Shown piece after piece: positions 36,700-47,129 of a stretch of DNA of 64,000 nucleotides. Position numbers and translations under genes: made by a program. Below the pieces are notes generated by a model. The model worked only from the letters and a program-made list of their open reading frames with translations. It made no database searches and was not told the origin of the DNA. This stretch comes from an uncultured virus (IMG/VR IMGVR_UViG_3300047157_000146) (taxonomy: Duplodnaviria; Heunggongvirae; Uroviricota; Caudoviricetes), in the IMG/VR virus record IMGVR_UViG_3300047157_000146, one strand, 5' to 3'. Within the stretch, counting starts at the first letter, position 1. Every line of letters begins with the position of its first letter.

Positions 36700-36902
36700 G
36701 AGATGCCCTTAATGGTAGGAGTAAAGACCCTGCTATGGCATCTCTCTTAATCACCTATACATTGTCCAGCGCATTATCAATAAGCCCCTTAGAAGTGATG
36801 CAAATGCCAGCAAGTATGGTGATGGACTTTTTGTATATACACAGGAATGTAGAAGAACTTAAAGCCGAAGCCATGAACAAGGAAATGAATAAGGTGAAGT
36901 GA
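36696..36902 (+). CDS. Frameshift extension of tail chaperone (GT-like)
   Basis: Open -1 frame from slippery site; ISPLEVMQMP motif. Confidence 0.7.
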   Translation: MRDALNGRSKDPAMASLLITYTLSSALSISPLEVMQMPASMVMDFLYIHRNVEELKAEAMNKEMNKVK

Positions 36903-36906
36903 TAGC

Positions 36907-38421
36907 ATGGCTGAATTAAATTTGGAAAAAATCAACAACAATATGTATGGTTTAGTCCAAATTCAAAAAGAGATGCTTACTATTCTAAGAGCATCTAGTA
37001 CTGCTATGAAAGTACAAAGCAAAGCAATGGAAACTTTGGGAGAATCTGCTAAAGAAGCATCCAAAAACACAGACGAATTACAAACTAGATTGGGTAGATT
37101 CATCGAAAAAAAATTAAGAGCGACTAGCGGAGCCGCCGGAATTTTCCACAAGTTGATGTACGGAGTCCCCGGCTATTTCATCTTTAAAAATCGTATGGAT
37201 ACCTTGTTATCCGGTATTGATAAATTCATAATGCAACCGCTTTCGGGTAATAAAAAGGAGGGTTTTCTTAATAAGGTTCTCTATGGGGTTGGTGGTTCTT
37301 TTAGGAAATCTAAAGACCAATTATTGACTCTAAATTCTTTGGTAAGAGATGGGCCACAATTGATGCAAGGCCCTGCTCCTAAAGGTGGATTTAGAAACCC
37401 TAATACTGGTAGGTTTGAATCTAGACCAGAATTAAACTTAATGACTTGGATTACTAAATCAAAATTAGGATTATTTGTTTCTAAGAGCATGCACGAATTG
37501 AAAAAACAAGGAAGATGGAGCAGATTTAAGAATAAATTAGCCGCTAAAGGAAAATCGTTTATATCATTCTTACAAAAAGGCAGACTATTTTTTGCCGCAG
37601 CATTATTAGTTTTTGCTAAAGTGGCCTTTGCAGTATTAGCCGGATTAGTTGCACTATTTTTCTTAGTTAAAATAATTAAAGGATTAGGGGTCAGTGGAAA
37701 ATCTTTAGAAAATTGGGCTAAGGGAATGCTTACTGTTGTAATGGGGGGCCTTATTATGATTGGTAATGGTATTGGTAGAGTCATAGATGGAGCGACTATG
37801 ATGTATGATGCTATATTTGGAGATGGAACCTTGACCGATTTAATAGACGGATTTTTAGAAACTATGAACGGGCTTTTAGAGATATTTGGAGGAATACTGC
37901 TCATATTGTTTTCTCCTATTTTGGGAGCAATAGAAACAAAGTTAGGGGATTATGGTAAAAATATCGAGGAAAAGGTGACAGCAGTGATAAATTTATTTGG
38001 CCTTGTTTTAGTTGGTTTGGGTGTAATTGTTGCTACTGTTGTTCTTATTGTGGCTTTGGTTTCTGCTAGTATTGCTATTTTAACGGCATTACCGATTATT
38101 ATAGGTGGTCTTTTAATTGCCGCAATTGGATTATTCCTTGCGAAAATAAACCCATTCGCTAACGGTGGTGTGACTAAGAGCGGCCTCTCTTTAGTTGGAG
38201 AAAGAGGGCCGGAACTAGTAAGACTACCAAAGGGGAGCCGAGTACATTCTAACCAAGAATCTAGAAAAATGGTTAGCAGTGGAGGAAATAATATCACTGT
38301 CAATATTAACGGAAGAGTTGGGTCTTCCGATAGTGAATTAAGAATCATAGCACAGAAGGTTGGTAAGATGATTAACAAGGAAATTAACAGAACGACTTCC
38401 TCTAGAAGTTTAGGAGCATGA
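36907..38421 (+). CDS. Tape measure protein (504 aa, with hydrophobic segments)
   Basis: After chaperones; C-terminal FANGG...LVGERGPEL motif. Confidence 0.85.
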   Translation: MAELNLEKINNNMYGLVQIQKEMLTILRASSTAMKVQSKAMETLGESAKEASKNTDELQTRLGRFIEKKLRATSGAAGIFHKLMYGVPGYFIFKNRMDTLLSGIDKFIMQPLSGNKKEGFLNKVLYGVGGSFRKSKDQLLTLNSLVRDGPQLMQGPAPKGGFRNPNTGRFESRPELNLMTWITKSKLGLFVSKSMHELKKQGRWSRFKNKLAAKGKSFISFLQKGRLFFAAALLVFAKVAFAVLAGLVALFFLVKIIKGLGVSGKSLENWAKGMLTVVMGGLIMIGNGIGRVIDGATMMYDAIFGDGTLTDLIDGFLETMNGLLEIFGGILLILFSPILGAIETKLGDYGKNIEEKVTAVINLFGLVLVGLGVIVATVVLIVALVSASIAILTALPIIIGGLLIAAIGLFLAKINPFANGGVTKSGLSLVGERGPELVRLPKGSRVHSNQESRKMVSSGGNNITVNINGRVGSSDSELRIIAQKVGKMINKEINRTTSSRSLGA

Positions 38422-38425
38422 TAAT

Positions 38426-39097
38426 ATGAGCGCACTAGACCATGTAGTATTCTTGAAATTTGGGGCATATGAAACTGCTGATTTGTCTATTAACACTATT
38501 CCATTAAAGGTTACTAGTTTGAGCATTAGCACTAACAAGACTATTCCCTCCCTTGAAGTACCTCTATCGGGGGCTTTATCAGGAGAATCAATAACAGCCG
38601 CACTAGACTTAGGTATGGCTTCTAAGAGCGTGAGTCTACAAGGTTTCATTACAGAACAGGCTATCAATAAGAAATGGAATGGGCTGGCTACAGAAGATGA
38701 AGGCCCTAGGACTTACACTCCAATTGAAATAGCACAAATGATTCATTCTAGCGTAGATTCTACTGGACTACAAACATTCCAATCTATTAATGAATTAGTT
38801 TTTCTTTATGATTCTAAAGTTGGAGAGGATGGTAATTCTAGAACTGCGGTTTCTATACCATTTAACTACGCTTCTAGAGGGGAAGGCGGTAAGTTAGACA
38901 ACTACGGAACTTCGAGTAGAGTAGTGAAAAGTTTCCCAACTGCTAGTACTGACGAAGGAATGAAAGGATTCATTAGAAGTTTTGAAACTACAATAGACTC
39001 GGAAACTATTGATGTGAGTTTTAGTATGCAATTTGAAATCGCAGAAGTGTTCCCCGATGGCAAGGTTGCCACCAAATTAGCAGACGCTCTTTCGTGA
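38426..39097 (+). CDS. Distal tail protein-like
   Basis: Immediately after TMP. Confidence 0.5.
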   Translation: MSALDHVVFLKFGAYETADLSINTIPLKVTSLSISTNKTIPSLEVPLSGALSGESITAALDLGMASKSVSLQGFITEQAINKKWNGLATEDEGPRTYTPIEIAQMIHSSVDSTGLQTFQSINELVFLYDSKVGEDGNSRTAVSIPFNYASRGEGGKLDNYGTSSRVVKSFPTASTDEGMKGFIRSFETTIDSETIDVSFSMQFEIAEVFPDGKVATKLADALS

Positions 39098-39106
39098 GGT
39101 GAAATT

Positions 39107-40267
39107 ATGTATCGAGTATTAACAGGAAAGCAACGAAGTCTAGTCTTCCCTGTAATGTGTAATGGTCATGTCAAAATAGACTATTATGATAATATTGCTA
39201 TAGGTGCAGATGCTAGTATTGGAAGTAGTGACGATGTAATCTATGGCCCTTGGTCGTTAGACGACGCTTTTACTATCGAGGCTACTGTGACACCCTATGA
39301 CATAAATGGATTCGGAAGACATAGCGTAGGCAGTTTAACAGGCGTGGCTACTGATTCGGGAAAGGTGATGCCAGCCATAGATAAAGATGTGACTCAAACA
39401 GATTATATTTCTAATTATTATTTGGCTGAAACTGCAAAACATACACATGAGATGAGAATATTTCATAGTAGTAAGGCGCAACTTTCTTTGATAAATACCA
39501 CTTTGCATAATGAAAATCAACCAGCAGAATACAAAATTAAATTTTCTGTCACACTAGGCACTACTACTCAAAACCTAGAAACTTCCGCCCTAATTTTACC
39601 TTCTAGTGGAATCAATTGGCCCCTCTTAAGTCACACTTCGGGAGGTCAGTATGGTAGCGGTATTTTAGATTCAAAGGGGAAATACACTCATGTTTTTGCT
39701 AAAACAACAAAATCAAGTGGAAATAGTGGAACTACTTTGGTCTTTCTTTCTACTGCAAATAATATACTACACGAAGACCAAGAACTATTCATACAAAATG
39801 GATTCGGTTTTACTTCCATAGGAAAGGTTGCCGCCACTCCATCATCTTCTTCCGGAGATTCTTTTGCCGTGACTTTAGATACTTCCCAATCTACTGCATT
39901 AAATTCAACAAACCTATTTATCAAAGCACCAATGAATCCATCTTATGTTGACGGATTATTTCACATAGCCGCTACCTATGATTCAGATAGTAAGATAATG
40001 AAAATTTATTTTAACAACAGTGAAGTAGCAAGTGCTACTCATTCGGGAAGTGGAACCTTTGCTATGGATAAAGAAGATTTATTTTTAGGTGCTAACGGTA
40101 GTGGGGCTACTGGTCAAAATAGTGCAACTACTAACAAACAATTCATGGGAGAGTTTCACGAATTTGCTATGAGTAGAGGTACTAGAAATAAATTTAATGT
40201 CAATAATTTAACCCCTAGATTTGCAGATACTGTACTTTATTTTAGATTCGAGGAGATAGACCAATGA
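39107..40267 (+). CDS. Tail protein with LamG/concanavalin-like domain
   Basis: FTIEATV, FHIAATYD, MKIYFN, LFLGAN, FMGEFHEF. Confidence 0.75.
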   Translation: MYRVLTGKQRSLVFPVMCNGHVKIDYYDNIAIGADASIGSSDDVIYGPWSLDDAFTIEATVTPYDINGFGRHSVGSLTGVATDSGKVMPAIDKDVTQTDYISNYYLAETAKHTHEMRIFHSSKAQLSLINTTLHNENQPAEYKIKFSVTLGTTTQNLETSALILPSSGINWPLLSHTSGGQYGSGILDSKGKYTHVFAKTTKSSGNSGTTLVFLSTANNILHEDQELFIQNGFGFTSIGKVAATPSSSSGDSFAVTLDTSQSTALNSTNLFIKAPMNPSYVDGLFHIAATYDSDSKIMKIYFNNSEVASATHSGSGTFAMDKEDLFLGANGSGATGQNSATTNKQFMGEFHEFAMSRGTRNKFNVNNLTPRFADTVLYFRFEEIDQ

Positions 40268-43200
40268 CAGTTTATGTGATGCGTAAAGGTACTACGATAA
40301 ATCCTACTGTAGAAGCCACTTTAGCAAACGCAGGAAACAATGTCAACTTTGATTGCCCCACAAATCCTATTATTCACGATACGCTTACTTGTACTGATAC
40401 TCATAGAATGTTCACTTACATTTCTACTGATGATTCTAACAATGACACCTTTGTTCAGCAATTACAAGGTTCGGATTCTGCTGGTACTCAATATTCTAAT
40501 TTAGAAAATACTGAAGGGTATAAAATAAAGTGCTACGATAGTATTACGGAAGAAGGTATTCGTCTAAATTCTACTGCTAGTGACCACAACTATTATGTTT
40601 TGATAAACTCGGATAATGGATTAACTCACCACTTTGCTAGAATTACACAATTTACCACTGACGATATTTCGGGAGATAGTTTTGAATTTGAGCCAAGGCT
40701 AGGTTCTTCTATTACTAAGAATACTAAATTCATGGTGTTCAAAGGAGATGATGAAGACGAATCTACTATAGTGGCGGTAAGTAGCGGTATTCTTGCTACT
40801 GAGATTAGGGCCGGTAGCACTACCTACAGAATGAATAAATCATTGCTATGTTCTAAACCCCTATTTTACTTTCACAATTCTAGACTAGATAAGAAGAATC
40901 AACTTGACCACAATAAAAAATATTATGTCAAATATGCTTCTTCTCAAATGAGCAGTGATACTATTAATTCATTTGTAACAAATACATTCATCACTTCTCA
41001 AGATTATGGATTCTCGATTAAAGACTATAGCAAGTTTAACATCAAAACTACACTTGTTGATAATCTAAAAACACTAGACGACCCTAGTACTAGTAATTAT
41101 AGCAGTACTAAACAGACTTCTAATGAAGGATTGACATTAGCGAATAATGACTTCACAGATTATGATGAATCGTTTTACCATGCTAGGCGTGACGACGACA
41201 ATGTGAAATCCGCTCTCAATCTAGTTGGCCCATATCGGTATCTTCACTACGGTTATTCTCCCGAAACGGCCAACGAAGCCCCTATGGTTCTTAGCACCAA
41301 TTTGAAAGAATCATTTGGCGGGAGGGGGGGTTATGCGGAGTCAAAAATTGTAGACACCTCCCGAATCATGTCCTCAAAGGTAGGAGAGTTTGAGGCTTTT
41401 AGAGTTCGACAGCAACAGCATAGAGGTGAGTTCTTTGAATGGTTCCCACTCAAGGCGACAGTGAAAGCAAATGTCACAGGAAATGAGTACACATTTACTA
41501 CAGAAGAAGGATATGATTTAGCAAATTTGTTATCAGCAAATGATGAAGTTATGGTAGGTTCTAGAGTAGTTAGATTAGCATCTAGTAGTCCGATAGATTC
41601 TTTCAATACTAGTGCATTTACACAAGACATTACTTTCACCTCCAGTTCTAGATTAGATAGTGAAAGTTCCTTTTCTACATCTTCCTATACATTGAACGCA
41701 GGTGATAGACTATACCGCAGGGCTTTTAGTTCATCTAAGAGCAATCTACTTACTACTTTTTCTTTCGTGGAAGGTAGAGAAAGCCAACTAAGAATAGTTT
41801 TCTTGGATAAGAACTATGCTGGACTTGAAGCAACCGTGACGAGTTCAAGTAAAAAACAAAAATATTTGACCCTATCTTTTACTAATGCTGAGGTTAGAAA
41901 ATCTGCTACAGAATTCACTTCCTTAGAATATATTTCCGGACAATATATTATTGAAGTAGAAAGATTTAACGGAGAAATAGAACAAATAGAAATAGACAAG
42001 AACATGGGCATGAGTACCATGACTATTTCCGGTAGAGATAATTATTCAAAACTAATCTCTCCAATAGTAAATCGTAATTCTAATTTCTCCGAAGATATAA
42101 TTTATTCAACTAGAAGCCCACACAATAAGTTAGAACTAGTCGGAGTTTTGGACAGTGGTGGAGATTTACTTTTTAGCAGTAAAGCCTTTGTTTTGACTGG
42201 TTTATTTACCAATTTAGTGGATAAAAAACTATTTGTAAAATACACAAATGGTGTGGTAGCGTACATAGGAGAGGGAGCAAATACGACAATAAACCTTCCA
42301 GATGTAGGAAAAACTACTGTATCTTTGAAAAATTTACCCTTGGCTGAAGCAAAAAGCACTGCTACAAATAATGAAATACAACTATGGAAAGAAGTAGAAA
42401 CAAATTACATTCTCAATAAAGCCTTATCTTCAAACAATAAACTACCCACTTTTGCTACTAGTCTAGGAGGAAACAGTGACAAGGGACTACTTTTCAGCAG
42501 TGGCGAAAAACCAGATGGTACTTTATTGAGTGGAAGTACTACTTCTAGAACTTCCGGCGTTGATAGTAATGCTGTTGGTTTTCACATACAGCACCCTACT
42601 TCGATAGGTAAAGAAGAAGCATTTCAAGCCAAACTAAGTGATGGAGGTACAAATTATGAAACTTTTGAAACAGTCAATACCTTGATTGATTTTACTGTTT
42701 TGAACACCTCTACTGTAGATGGAAAAACCACCATAGAATTAGCCCCTTATTTTCCAGTGACCCTAGGAAGAGTAGACCACAACGATTACGATACTTACGA
42801 TACGACATTAACCACAATAGGTATTACTACGGGGAGTGATAGTGGTTTCGATATTACTGGTAAAAAATATTTAGATATTACTCCATCTAGTACTTCTACT
42901 ATTAAAGCAGTAGCGGGTGTAGGATTGCCTATTTATTTGAGTTCTGTATTTGTAGGATATTGTACCCAAGTAGTATGCTATAATACAATTTCAAGCGGCG
43001 CAGATACTTGGAGAATTTTCTTGGATAGGCCGGTGAATAATTTCAGTTCCGGAGAAACTATTTCCACATTAGGGTTCACAACTGCGGTCAACAACCAGTA
43101 TTCTGGAAAAAATACTCACAATTTGTATCTAGTAAATGGAGAACATTTGCATGGAGGTAAGATGGTGACGCTATTGAATTCCCTATATGGAGTAGAAACG

Positions 43201-46200
43201 GGAGTTGACTACAGTGCCGATGATATGCAGAAGCCAACTTACTACAATTATATTAGGCCAACTACGGCACTAACTCACGAATTGGTTCATACCTATGTTG
43301 AAAAATATGGGGTTCCTCTTTACAAAATAAACCATATTGAGAAAGGAATTTTCAATAGAAAAACCCAAGCAATCGCCAGTGAATACCACACTACTAACGC
43401 CACCACAGCAGAAAAAGAAGAGGTCGGTAGGGCTTCCGATGCTAATTACTATGACGGTAGTAGTTCTGTTCAATACTATGCCTCGGCTTACAAAATGAAT
43501 CAAGGAAGAAGTTCTACCGCTTTAGAAAAGATACCTAGTAGATTTAGAGAAACTTCTCATTTGCATTTGCCGGTTGAAGAAAGAGGATACTTCCCCGCTA
43601 GCGGTTCACTGTTTTGGGATTATGTCATACACGAAGCAAGTCACACTAGAGATAAGGTTCTAACTTCTCACGACCCTACATTAGGTGGCAGGGTTAAATC
43701 TAACTTCTACATTAAAGATTTCTTGGAACAACTAGACCCAAAGACTGCTAGACTCTTCTTATTTGCGACTTCGGACTTATTACCATACAGTAGTTTAAGA
43801 GATGATAGTTTGTTCTACTCTAATAGAGATTTGAAAAACTTTAGTCTATATTTGTTGAACAAACCAACCGAAGATACTACTTCCGATAAACACTCCAAGT
43901 ATGGGGGTGCTGGAAAGGCGAAGAAATACTTAGACAGTGATTATGATACAGCGGCCATTCTAGAATACGATGTAGAAGACATTACTAAAATGACCACTTT
44001 TGGTTTAATGAGATTAACCGAGGTATTGTTCGACTCAAATATGAATCAAATAAATCCGGAACATCTACCAGATAAAAAGAAAACAATGAGAGTTTTCAAT
44101 TATCACTATTATGAATTTACAGATTTAGGAGTGACTTTTGGCGTTGTTGATTCCGCCAATACTATACTCACTAGTTCAGATGTTAGCGCAGACCTACCAG
44201 CCAATACTATTATTTGTGATAGTGATGGAAACATGATTGGAGAAGTTTCTAGTGTTTCGACTACTACAATTACTCTAAAGAATTTGTATGCAGGAGATTC
44301 TACTAGAAAGGTAGTTCGTACAACGAGTTCGGGAGGATTTGCTACGGGTAATTTATTCAAGGCAGTTAAACACCAAGCCGCATTTAGTGGACACGGAGAT
44401 GCACAAAATGTCAACAAACTAGATGGTTCTATACAACCCCTCGTTGCTTTATTTCATGGTGGGAATTATTCTAGTGACGCTTTCACGGATGAGGCAGGTC
44501 AAGCATTTAATGTGGGAACTACAATTGCTGGACACGAAAGCCACTTGGCTTTGCCTATGATAATTAGGAACATTACTTTTGATTCGGAACAACACAACGG
44601 ACACTCTAGCCTTCTTCTTAAGCAATATAATGACCTAAAACTACACACTCTTGCTCCGGGAATTACTGGAGCCGCTCCCACTTCTTTCTTGAAGAGTGGA
44701 ATGGTGGGTATAGTCCTTGATAGATTTGATATTTCCGGAGGCGATACTTTGTCCAGTGCTGGTACAATAATGCCTCCAATTAAAAATGCACATCTAAGAG
44801 AGTACAGTGCTACAGGCAAAAACTTTACAATTGTCAACTACGGCATGGCTACTAGACCTAACCGATTTGCTTCCACTAAATTAGATGATAATAATGGTAG
44901 TGATGCAGATACTTCATCTGTTACTACAGACGCAGAAGGAATATATTTAGGATTTAAATTGAGGATAAAATTGCCCACTAAGGATTCAAGTCCTAGTGGG
45001 CCTTCGGGAACAACTCATTACAAATATATTCTAAACTCTAGCACCTATCCATATTTAGATTATGTGAAAGACTTAACAGGTTGTTATTTGGCCTCGGAAG
45101 CAGGTACAGAATACGCAACAGGAACAGCAGTAGCGCAACCTGCTATTGATGCAGATGCTCAACAACATAGTATGCAGAATGTTTCTCCTACCTTTTTAGG
45201 ATATGTCGTTTCCCATGAAATAGACAGTGGTAACAGCACTAAAAGACACATTTTGATACTAGACCAAGAATTAACTGCGGGATATTACAGAGTCATGCAA
45301 CCCAACGAAACCTGTACTTATGAATACACTCCTAGCAGAATTAAACTGAATACACTATCTTCGGAATATACTAAGATGCCATATAAAGATGAAACTTATT
45401 CGGCTACTCAAGACTATCATATTAAGGTGGAGTCTACTCACGATAGGTCGCTAAATGGTTCCTTTGAAAATGTAGGTCACAATGAAGGGGTTTTATCTAT
45501 GTACTGTACTATAGATTTAGATGGAAAAATTCCAACAGGTACTACAGAACATATTGTATCTAGAAGTCCACTAGGAGGTGTGTATCAATTCGCTAATATG
45601 ACAACTAAGAAGGCAGAAATACCTTCAACACTATGCGTCAGCGATGGTAATACTACCTTCAAAACATCGACTGAAATAGATTGGCTAGGAACAGGAGATA
45701 GTGAAACCATAGGAAGAGGACTTACTATTACATTTGGAGAACATAAGTTGACTAAGGGTGTGGTTTCAGTATCAGATACTATTACTATTACTACGAATAA
45801 GAACTTAAAAGGAAAACCAATTCGTGCTGTTATAGGTGCGGGAGTCACTATTGGAGAAGAAACAGAAACTCTCATCAATAATCTCTTTGAAGAGAATGAC
45901 ATAGAATTCACTACTAGTTATACTGACGACTATCCGCTAATTGTAGCACCTAATCTAAAAGGAGTAGATTTATTCTCCGCAATCAACTACTTAATTGAAA
46001 AGAAGAACAAGCAATTAATTTATGATAATGACAAATTCTCAATTAAGGACCAAAAGGATTCAGCCTTTTCACCGAAGATAAAAATTACTGATATGAATAA
46101 CGATTTACAAATTGTGAACTTTAGTCAATCCGATGTTCTCTTTGACTTCTACAATGAGGTCAGGGTCTATTCTAAAGATAAGGTGGCAGTTAGAAAGAAC

Positions 46201-46761
46201 GGAACTAGTATTCGTAAGAGAGGAAGAAAGGTACTGGAAGTCAACGACGATAGTTTGTCTACTCAAGAAGAAGTAGATAGTAGGGCATATAATCTACTAA
46301 GATTACATTCTAGTTCTAACAAGAAGGTTTCCTTAGAATTAGGTCATAGAAATTTAGGACAAATAAGGCCCTCAGATGTTATTGAATTAGAAATACTACA
46401 AGAAGGAATTGCTTCTTCTAATTATGTCATTTTAGAAATGGAACATACTCAAATTGGTACTGTCAAATTAGAACTTGGTAAATTCACTAAAGGAATGACT
46501 GATAGATTTGCTGAAATATTGAAAAATAATAAAAAGATAGAGGCAAATGCAAGAAGCGAGGCTTTCAACAGTGTTCGTACTTCAAGGGATTATTTTGGAA
46601 AAGTAGGTATCACTGAAAGAAAGGTAATCGTCAAGAAGAGAGCCAACGCAAGCGCAAACTCTTTCAATCTTGGGTTTGAGCAGACTCTAGGATTCGCCTT
46701 AAATTTGGGGCTATCAACCGGCGGAAATACGCTTACAACTATACTGGAGGAAGAATTTTGA
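40264..46761 (+). CDS. Giant tail tip/baseplate hub protein (2165 aa)
   Basis: Hub-like segments (FNGEIEQI...MTISGRD; YNEVRVY...IRPSDVIEL) with long inserts. Confidence 0.65.
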   Translation: MTVYVMRKGTTINPTVEATLANAGNNVNFDCPTNPIIHDTLTCTDTHRMFTYISTDDSNNDTFVQQLQGSDSAGTQYSNLENTEGYKIKCYDSITEEGIRLNSTASDHNYYVLINSDNGLTHHFARITQFTTDDISGDSFEFEPRLGSSITKNTKFMVFKGDDEDESTIVAVSSGILATEIRAGSTTYRMNKSLLCSKPLFYFHNSRLDKKNQLDHNKKYYVKYASSQMSSDTINSFVTNTFITSQDYGFSIKDYSKFNIKTTLVDNLKTLDDPSTSNYSSTKQTSNEGLTLANNDFTDYDESFYHARRDDDNVKSALNLVGPYRYLHYGYSPETANEAPMVLSTNLKESFGGRGGYAESKIVDTSRIMSSKVGEFEAFRVRQQQHRGEFFEWFPLKATVKANVTGNEYTFTTEEGYDLANLLSANDEVMVGSRVVRLASSSPIDSFNTSAFTQDITFTSSSRLDSESSFSTSSYTLNAGDRLYRRAFSSSKSNLLTTFSFVEGRESQLRIVFLDKNYAGLEATVTSSSKKQKYLTLSFTNAEVRKSATEFTSLEYISGQYIIEVERFNGEIEQIEIDKNMGMSTMTISGRDNYSKLISPIVNRNSNFSEDIIYSTRSPHNKLELVGVLDSGGDLLFSSKAFVLTGLFTNLVDKKLFVKYTNGVVAYIGEGANTTINLPDVGKTTVSLKNLPLAEAKSTATNNEIQLWKEVETNYILNKALSSNNKLPTFATSLGGNSDKGLLFSSGEKPDGTLLSGSTTSRTSGVDSNAVGFHIQHPTSIGKEEAFQAKLSDGGTNYETFETVNTLIDFTVLNTSTVDGKTTIELAPYFPVTLGRVDHNDYDTYDTTLTTIGITTGSDSGFDITGKKYLDITPSSTSTIKAVAGVGLPIYLSSVFVGYCTQVVCYNTISSGADTWRIFLDRPVNNFSSGETISTLGFTTAVNNQYSGKNTHNLYLVNGEHLHGGKMVTLLNSLYGVETGVDYSADDMQKPTYYNYIRPTTALTHELVHTYVEKYGVPLYKINHIEKGIFNRKTQAIASEYHTTNATTAEKEEVGRASDANYYDGSSSVQYYASAYKMNQGRSSTALEKIPSRFRETSHLHLPVEERGYFPASGSLFWDYVIHEASHTRDKVLTSHDPTLGGRVKSNFYIKDFLEQLDPKTARLFLFATSDLLPYSSLRDDSLFYSNRDLKNFSLYLLNKPTEDTTSDKHSKYGGAGKAKKYLDSDYDTAAILEYDVEDITKMTTFGLMRLTEVLFDSNMNQINPEHLPDKKKTMRVFNYHYYEFTDLGVTFGVVDSANTILTSSDVSADLPANTIICDSDGNMIGEVSSVSTTTITLKNLYAGDSTRKVVRTTSSGGFATGNLFKAVKHQAAFSGHGDAQNVNKLDGSIQPLVALFHGGNYSSDAFTDEAGQAFNVGTTIAGHESHLALPMIIRNITFDSEQHNGHSSLLLKQYNDLKLHTLAPGITGAAPTSFLKSGMVGIVLDRFDISGGDTLSSAGTIMPPIKNAHLREYSATGKNFTIVNYGMATRPNRFASTKLDDNNGSDADTSSVTTDAEGIYLGFKLRIKLPTKDSSPSGPSGTTHYKYILNSSTYPYLDYVKDLTGCYLASEAGTEYATGTAVAQPAIDADAQQHSMQNVSPTFLGYVVSHEIDSGNSTKRHILILDQELTAGYYRVMQPNETCTYEYTPSRIKLNTLSSEYTKMPYKDETYSATQDYHIKVESTHDRSLNGSFENVGHNEGVLSMYCTIDLDGKIPTGTTEHIVSRSPLGGVYQFANMTTKKAEIPSTLCVSDGNTTFKTSTEIDWLGTGDSETIGRGLTITFGEHKLTKGVVSVSDTITITTNKNLKGKPIRAVIGAGVTIGEETETLINNLFEENDIEFTTSYTDDYPLIVAPNLKGVDLFSAINYLIEKKNKQLIYDNDKFSIKDQKDSAFSPKIKITDMNNDLQIVNFSQSDVLFDFYNEVRVYSKDKVAVRKNGTSIRKRGRKVLEVNDDSLSTQEEVDSRAYNLLRLHSSSNKKVSLELGHRNLGQIRPSDVIELEILQEGIASSNYVILEMEHTQIGTVKLELGKFTKGMTDRFAEILKNNKKIEANARSEAFNSVRTSRDYFGKVGITERKVIVKKRANASANSFNLGFEQTLGFALNLGLSTGGNTLTTILEEEF

Positions 46762-47129
46762 TAGTAGATTCCGTTAGAGAAAGCCTTGCCTTACACTTGA
46801 AAACAGTATTTACAAAGGCTAAGGTAGGGGTAGGGGGGAACTCTACTGACCCATCAGTAACCGATTTAGATGTACCTATTTACAGTATTTCTGCTTCTTC
46901 TTCTACTAGCGAAGGAAATGTCATAGATTTCAAATTCACTCTTTTGGGTTCTTCTGTAGCAGGGTACACGATAAGAGAAATAGGTATCTTCAATAAGGCA
47001 TATACCAATCTAGCAGGAGCAAGCATAAGTGCATACACAGAGATGTTATCTAGAATTACATTCGACGGAATAGGGCCTTTTGCCTCCGGAGAAGAAATTG
47101 ATTTTTACATTACCATAGAGGTTGAGTGA
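46758..47129 (+). CDS. Baseplate/tail-collar protein
   Basis: GVGGNSTDPS..DL and IREIGIF pattern of fibre-attachment proteins. Confidence 0.55.
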   Translation: MIVDSVRESLALHLKTVFTKAKVGVGGNSTDPSVTDLDVPIYSISASSSTSEGNVIDFKFTLLGSSVAGYTIREIGIFNKAYTNLAGASISAYTEMLSRITFDGIGPFASGEEIDFYITIEVE

